DNA of 64,000 bases from Blastocatellia bacterium. GTDB lineage: Bacteria > Acidobacteriota > Blastocatellia > RBC074. The position numbers and the translations under genes are program-made. The DNA lies in NCBI GenBank assembly GCA_016789725.1, contig JAEUQN010000002.1, forward strand, positions 24,035-88,034, read 5' to 3'. Position 1 is the first letter of the stretch. Every line of letters starts with the position of its first letter. Below are positions 58,859 to 64,000 of this stretch, one piece after another. The notes below the pieces were generated by a model that worked only from the letters and a program-made list of their open reading frames with translations, did no database searches and was not told the origin of the DNA.

Positions 58859-59413
58859 ATGAATAACGAAGAAACTACCTTTGAACCTGTTGAAGCGGCG
58901 GATGATTTGTCCGCCGCATATCCCGAACTCGAAAAACTGAAAGCCGCGAATGAAGCTTTGCGCGAGAAGGGAAAAGAGTGGTTGCTGACTACGATTGAAA
59001 CCATCTGCGACGAAATCAATCAGGCAGCCGCGCCGCAAGCCACCAATCCCGACACGCCCGCCGCTGAAGCTCCGCTGCAAGTCGGCGGTCAGGATTGGCA
59101 ATTTGAAGTTGAGAATAATGTGATGGTCGGCGAGCGATTGGGGATTCGACATAAAGGACAAACACTACTTGTCGAGGTCGGCTGGCCCCGTTTGCCAGAA
59201 CACGGCGTTGTGCCGGATTTAGGTCTGGCCCGGGCGCGCGTCAGCTTCAGCCAGAACATCATGATTGATGCCAAATTGCTGGAGGAATTCTCTCTTCGGC
59301 GCAACAAAGGTGACGAGGGGGCAAGCTGGCATCTCATTACCGATCACAAAATTGGGGAACCGGTCGTAGCGGATCGGCTACGCAGCTATGTTCAACGCGT
59401 GCTGAGCGAATAG
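58859..59413 (+). CDS. hypothetical protein
   Basis: Starts 3 nt after the cytochrome stop. 184 aa with no signal peptide. No family recognised. Confidence 0.5.
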   Translation: MNNEETTFEPVEAADDLSAAYPELEKLKAANEALREKGKEWLLTTIETICDEINQAAAPQATNPDTPAAEAPLQVGGQDWQFEVENNVMVGERLGIRHKGQTLLVEVGWPRLPEHGVVPDLGLARARVSFSQNIMIDAKLLEEFSLRRNKGDEGASWHLITDHKIGEPVVADRLRSYVQRVLSE

Positions 59414-59651
59414 GCGAGCGGCGAAAGTCAGCTTGACACTGGCTATCCAATGGCGGAAAATCACGGCACTTACTTACTGAGCGACCTAACGACTGAGTAG
59501 AGACAATTGATAACAGGTGACGGTGCAAACGTCCTGATGTTATGCAGCATGAATTTCTGCAATCATTCCTTACGCAACCCCTTCTTGCGAAACGTGTAAT
59601 TTCCTTGCCGGTTGAAGTATACGACGGGCAGGTTCTTGGGGATTTAAGTTT

Positions 59652-61376
59652 ATGAGAAAAGCGGTCAGTTATTTCGTTGTTGGCTGCATGGTGAGCGCGT
59701 GGTTGTTGGCTCCGGCCACACAAAAGGCTGCCGAAGCGTCGGCTGCACTGGGGATCATTTCTGGCACAGTCAAAGATGACGCAGGCAAACCATTGGGCGG
59801 CGCAGTTGTCGCACTGTTCACAGCACAACCCGGCCAGATCATTGGCGGCAGCTTGCTCAAAAATTTGACCACCGATGCAGAAGGACGATTTAAAGCCAAC
59901 GTCGCACCGGGAATGTATAAATTGCGTGCGGCAGCCGACGGCTTTCGTCCGACCTTCACCCTAATCAACCTGGACGCAGCGAACAAACTTACACACAACT
60001 TTTCGCTCCGACGGGTTGGCACGCTAGTCGAGAAGCGCGGGGACAAAGGTGATTATCGCTGGATCGGTCGCAGCGTACCACGTAGCGTTTTGCACTACCA
60101 GGAAGAGGAAGATTACGTCGGAAGTAATACCGTTGCCGAAACCACAACGACGAAATCTGAATCCGCGTTGCACGGTGTGGTTCAATTTACGAGCATCCAT
60201 GCTGGCGACGTAAATTTCACTGGAGCCAACTTCGCCCTTTCCAGCTCCTTTGGCGATAATCTTGAATTCGCATTGGTTGGCCAGGGTGGTTTAGGCACAG
60301 CCGCGCCACAACGATTGGCTGCTATTGCTTCCTTGCGCCCGAAGGCCAATCATCAGGTCACAGCGATGGCGGGCTATGGTCAGGCCATGATTCGAGAACG
60401 CAATCAACTTCGCGCCCTGGATCAATTCTCCTTCGCGGCGATGGATTCGTGGCAGGTAGCGAAACCGCTGTTATTGATTTTAGGCTTTGATTACTCAACC
60501 TTCACCGGTTCGATAGGCAAAGGCAATGACAGTATTTTGCCGCGCGTGGCGGTGCAATTCACTCCCACGGCGCGCACACATATCAACGCTGCGCTGACGC
60601 CGGGAACAAGTGACTGGCGGCAGACCCAGGAAGGTCTGGAAACAGAAAATCTACAAACTCGCTTTGAATCCCAACCGGCGGACGTTGCCCTGGTCGGTGG
60701 CGCTCCCGTTGCAGATCGTAGCCGTCGCCTTGAAGTCGGATTTGAGCAAATTTTTGGCACAGAAGGTGATTCATCTGTCGAGGCGGCAGCTTTCTTTGAC
60801 ACCATTTCAGGTCGCGGAGTCGGCGTCTTATCTCTGCCGTTGGAAGCCTCACCCGAAACCCAAAAGGCATTTCAGGAAGTGGCTCGCCAAGTGGTCGCAA
60901 TGAATGGTATGGCGCGCGGAATGCGTGTGATGTATGCCAAGCGGTTTAATGAGTATTTCTCCGCTTCGGCTGGTTATAGTTTTGGACGCGGCGAACGCTT
61001 CAACGAAGCTTCGCTGGATCAGATTACCCCAGCGCGAATGTTTACCGGCAGCAATTTTCAAGTTGCCTCAGCCAAACTTGACTTCGATCTTACCCGACGC
61101 ACCGGAACTCGCGTTTCCACTGTGGTTCGGCTTTCTCCATCCGCTGTGGTATTTGCAATAGACCCATTCGCCGGACGGATGAGCGTCTATGACCCCAATG
61201 TAAGCATTTACGTGACGCAGACATTGCCCACGTTTGGACTACCGGTGAAATGTCAGGCCTTGGTGGATGTGCGTAATTTGCTGAATCAAACGATTGGAAT
61301 TGAAAGCGACACGACCCAACTGATTGCAGCGCGGTCGCAACGCAGTGTTCGCGGTGCGATCTCGTTTCAATGGTAG
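59652..61376 (+). CDS. outer-membrane protein candidate with N-terminal carboxypeptidase-regulatory-like domain
   Basis: Signal peptide (..ATQKAAEASA). CarboxypepD_reg pattern IISGTVKDDAGKPLGGAVVALF..EGRFKANVAPGMYKLRAAADGF. The C-terminus has alternating beta-strand character and ends in an aromatic residue (AISFQW). Confidence 0.65.
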   Translation: MRKAVSYFVVGCMVSAWLLAPATQKAAEASAALGIISGTVKDDAGKPLGGAVVALFTAQPGQIIGGSLLKNLTTDAEGRFKANVAPGMYKLRAAADGFRPTFTLINLDAANKLTHNFSLRRVGTLVEKRGDKGDYRWIGRSVPRSVLHYQEEEDYVGSNTVAETTTTKSESALHGVVQFTSIHAGDVNFTGANFALSSSFGDNLEFALVGQGGLGTAAPQRLAAIASLRPKANHQVTAMAGYGQAMIRERNQLRALDQFSFAAMDSWQVAKPLLLILGFDYSTFTGSIGKGNDSILPRVAVQFTPTARTHINAALTPGTSDWRQTQEGLETENLQTRFESQPADVALVGGAPVADRSRRLEVGFEQIFGTEGDSSVEAAAFFDTISGRGVGVLSLPLEASPETQKAFQEVARQVVAMNGMARGMRVMYAKRFNEYFSASAGYSFGRGERFNEASLDQITPARMFTGSNFQVASAKLDFDLTRRTGTRVSTVVRLSPSAVVFAIDPFAGRMSVYDPNVSIYVTQTLPTFGLPVKCQALVDVRNLLNQTIGIESDTTQLIAARSQRSVRGAISFQW

Positions 61377-61583
61377 GTCTTCCAAAATCTCGGACGCGGG
61401 TTCAGAAAAATGAAAATCCGCTCATTTAATATATAACGATCCGCCCTGAAAAGCAGTGTATTTACTGCAAAATCTAGCTGAGCTGGGATAAATCATAACT
61501 GGAATAAGAGTTGCCTCAAAGGTAAGGACTTAGTCTGACCAATTGGCAAGGTGACGGCACGCAAAGGAAGTACAATCGTGGGA

Positions 61584-64000
61584 ATGGCGTATACACAACC
61601 CGGCACAGTGCAATTTACGACGCGGACGATGCTCTTGCTCTTTGCCGCCGTGTTGGCTTTGATTGCCGGAGTGTTCAATCTGCGAGATCGGATTGTGCAG
61701 AAACCTGTTCCGACGGATGGTGTGGTTTGGGTGGATAAACCCGGCTTAGGCGTGGTGGCCGAAATCGTCACCCCCAACAGCCCAGCAGATTTAGCAGGCA
61801 TCTACCAAGGCGACGTGCTGATTGGCATTAATGCGAGTGGTGATTATCAGGAAGACCCTGAGGAAATAACAGAAGCTCGCTACGTTCAACTCATCCTCGA
61901 TCAGGTCAAAGATCACGTCAACGATGCGCACCCGCTCAGCTACTACATCGTTCGCAAAAATCAAACGGGCGAAGTCACCATTAAGGAAGGCATTGCGGAC
62001 ATTGATCGGTTGCAATCACGTCCGACACATTTGACGCGCGGGATTTACTTGGCCCTGATTGGGCTGATTTACCTCGGCATCGGAATTTATGTGTTGCTGC
62101 TGCAAGGACGGGCACCGTACGTGCGGCATTTCTTTGTGGTGTGTCTGTTGGCATTTATCGCACATTTTTACAGCCCGACCGAAGAAATGCGTGCGTCGTT
62201 CGACAAATTTATTGATCTGGCAGATACCTTTGCCTTGATTTTGCTAGGCCCGGCATTTGTTCATTTCGCGGCAATCTATCCGAAACGAACCCATCTGTTT
62301 CAGGAACGGCGATGGCTGGCATTTTTACTGTACGTCCCAAGCGTCCTCCTGATTTCGGTCGAGATGTGGCTGCACGTAGAAAAAATCCGAAACCTGATTC
62401 CCCACAGCGCAATTTCACTCAGCAATCTCAAATCGCTGCTCGAACGCGGAGAAGCTTTGACGTTTGCGGCGGCCATGCTTGTGAGTTGCGGGCTGATGAT
62501 TCGTACTTTCCGCAGCGCCCGCTCGACGACGATTCGGCAACAACTCAAATGGGTATTATGGGGACTGGGGATTGCGGCAGTTTCATTCACGGCTTTCTAT
62601 GTGCCGTCATTGATTGCGAATCGGATTGATAATTCCTCTGCCACGTCACTGTTCCAATCACTCGCCATCGCCCCCTTGATCCTGATCCCGATTACGTTGG
62701 GTTATTCGATAGTCCGCTACCGGCTGATGGATGTGGACGTCGTGATGCGACGGTCGGCAGCGTATCTGGTCACCTATCTTGCAATTGCTTTGTTGTTCGG
62801 TTCAGTCACGGCGGGAATTTATGAATTTCTGCGCCCGCAGCTCCCACCGGAAGCGACGCTCTTGATTGCCGCTATTTTGATGTCAGTGATTGCGATGCTT
62901 TTCACGCCCGTAAAAAATTGGATGCAGGAGCGGGTGGATCGCATGTTTTATGGCGAAAAATATGACTATCGGATGACGCTGCAAGATTTCGGGCGCACTC
63001 TTTCATCCACAACCGATTTGGATGAATTGCTCGACACCCTGGTGCAGCGGCTCAAAGCGGTGCTGACGGTGCAACGCCTTGCCATTTTTGTTGCGGCTCC
63101 CGGCTCCGCAACGGGCTTTAAGATTGTGCGAGCGGAAGGGATTGACCGTGAACATCATTTGCCCGCCGATGTGGCAGAACGCGTTCAGATAACTTCTGAC
63201 ATTATTCGCGCTGCGGAATTGGAGGCGGACGGCGAAGAAGCTGAAGAAACGGTGCGGCGCAGATTTTATTACTATGTGCCTTGCGCCGCGCGCTCGCGGG
63301 TGGTCGCCGTAATGGCGTTGGGTCGCACGGTGGATGGCGCACTGCTTTCCTCTGAAGATCTGGATTTACTGCATGCTATTTCTGGTTATGTGGCAGTGGC
63401 AATTGAAAACGCCATGCTGCTTGAAGAACGCGAGCGACGTGCGGATGAACTCGCGCAGCTCAAGGATTTCAACGAAAACATCATCGAATCCATCAATGTC
63501 GGTGTGATGACAGTGAATCTACAAGGCCGTATTACAAATTGGAATGGTGCATTGGAAGAGTTGTACGGCTTACCGCGCGAACAAGCGATTGGCAAGCGCA
63601 TCCCCGAAGTATTTCGCCCCAGCATTGTCAATGCACTCAGGCAATATACCGACCGCAGCGAAGTTGATGAGCCAATCACGGTTTACAAATTCCGCACGCA
63701 GGCATTGGACGAGCGTGAATTAACGCTGAACATCTCTTTGGCCCCACTCCACAACAAAACGGGTGAAGTCGAAGGCACGCTGATCGCCATTGAAGATGTC
63801 ACAGCGCGGATTGACCTTGAGCAACAGCTACAACAAACCGAAAAGCTTTCATCCATTGGATTACTCGCAGCCGGAGTTGCGCACGAAGTGAACACGCCGT
63901 TGACGGGGATTTCATCGTATGCACAAATGTTGTTGCAGCAGGTTCCTGAAAATGACCCGCGCCATCAACTACTGCAAAAGATTCATCGGCAAACGTCGCG
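61584..64000 (+). CDS. sensor histidine kinase (PDZ-like, polytopic membrane, GAF and PAS domains, HisKA), 3' end outside window
   Basis: Not in the supplied ORF track because no stop occurs before the window edge. I translated 61584 onward by hand without meeting a stop. PDZ-like [29 protein letters not shown]. About 7 TM helices. GAF-like region ([21 protein letters not shown]). PAS ([32 protein letters not shown]). H-box [15 protein letters not shown] 61578 is an alternative start. Confidence 0.85.
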   Translation, partial: MAYTQPGTVQFTTRTMLLLFAAVLALIAGVFNLRDRIVQKPVPTDGVVWVDKPGLGVVAEIVTPNSPADLAGIYQGDVLIGINASGDYQEDPEEITEARYVQLILDQVKDHVNDAHPLSYYIVRKNQTGEVTIKEGIADIDRLQSRPTHLTRGIYLALIGLIYLGIGIYVLLLQGRAPYVRHFFVVCLLAFIAHFYSPTEEMRASFDKFIDLADTFALILLGPAFVHFAAIYPKRTHLFQERRWLAFLLYVPSVLLISVEMWLHVEKIRNLIPHSAISLSNLKSLLERGEALTFAAAMLVSCGLMIRTFRSARSTTIRQQLKWVLWGLGIAAVSFTAFYVPSLIANRIDNSSATSLFQSLAIAPLILIPITLGYSIVRYRLMDVDVVMRRSAAYLVTYLAIALLFGSVTAGIYEFLRPQLPPEATLLIAAILMSVIAMLFTPVKNWMQERVDRMFYGEKYDYRMTLQDFGRTLSSTTDLDELLDTLVQRLKAVLTVQRLAIFVAAPGSATGFKIVRAEGIDREHHLPADVAERVQITSDIIRAAELEADGEEAEETVRRRFYYYVPCAARSRVVAVMALGRTVDGALLSSEDLDLLHAISGYVAVAIENAMLLEERERRADELAQLKDFNENIIESINVGVMTVNLQGRITNWNGALEELYGLPREQAIGKRIPEVFRPSIVNALRQYTDRSEVDEPITVYKFRTQALDERELTLNISLAPLHNKTGEVEGTLIAIEDVTARIDLEQQLQQTEKLSSIGLLAAGVAHEVNTPLTGISSYAQMLLQQVPENDPRHQLLQKIHRQTS

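Noticed and set aside
61493-63895. Short ORFs from the track (61493-61801, 61791-62015, 62209-62418, 62300-62590, 62312-62629, 63386-63679, 63683-63895)
   Set aside because: All are antisense or out of frame relative to the long uninterrupted histidine-kinase frame, which has clear domain motifs.

Overview
This is a 64-kb chromosomal window of roughly 50% GC by eye. It carries about 56 protein genes and one tRNA-Phe(GAA). I found no rRNA, CRISPR array, prophage or integrase. The gene content suggests an Acidobacteriota-like genome, but that is inference only: CarboxypepD_reg-fronted TonB-dependent receptors, TAT-signal Gfo/Idh/MocA and xylose-isomerase-like proteins, and many secreted hypothetical proteins.

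Layout, left to right:
- **2-14 kb, redox and stress neighbourhood.** It holds divergent pfkA/ackA, a tight USP / TraR-DksA / macrodomain / USP operon, two tandem pentahaem cytochromes c, a hemerythrin, and a Crp/Fnr regulator with an N-terminal Cys cluster. A near-identical 16-bp palindrome sits 82.5 nt (centre to start codon) upstream of both the first cytochrome and the hemerythrin.
- **14-27 kb.** tRNA-Phe, a TonB-dependent receptor, periplasmic oxidoreductases and a transglutaminase-like membrane protein.
- **27-41 kb, a 14-kb co-directional minus-strand gene train.** It runs from three glycosyltransferases through a deacetylase-like protein, an MsbA-like ABC exporter and an epimerase. 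It then continues into a small nucleotidyltransferase-fold protein, an orphan HerA-type ATPase with no NurA, truA, an orphan pilin, a 672-aa unknown protein and queG.
- **42-48 kb.** Acyl-CoA metabolism genes.
- **48.2-49.1 kb.** An IS200-family Y1 (RAYT-like) transposase bracketed by REP-like multi-hairpin repeats.
- **49-53 kb.** A beta-helix lipoprotein, a two-CxxCH lipoprotein and a ricin-lectin protein.
- **56-61 kb.** ribA and maf converge on a 33-bp-arm hairpin built from heptamer repeats. A tetrahaem fusion protein and an outer-membrane barrel follow.
- **61.6 kb to the window end.** A PDZ-GAF-PAS histidine kinase that is missing from the supplied ORF track because it runs off the edge.

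My top candidates for something undescribed are the NTase-HerA pair, the shared-palindrome redox regulon with tandem pentahaem proteins, and the RAYT/REP locus.

All family calls rest on motif recognition by eye. Start codons are judgement calls. No database search was run.
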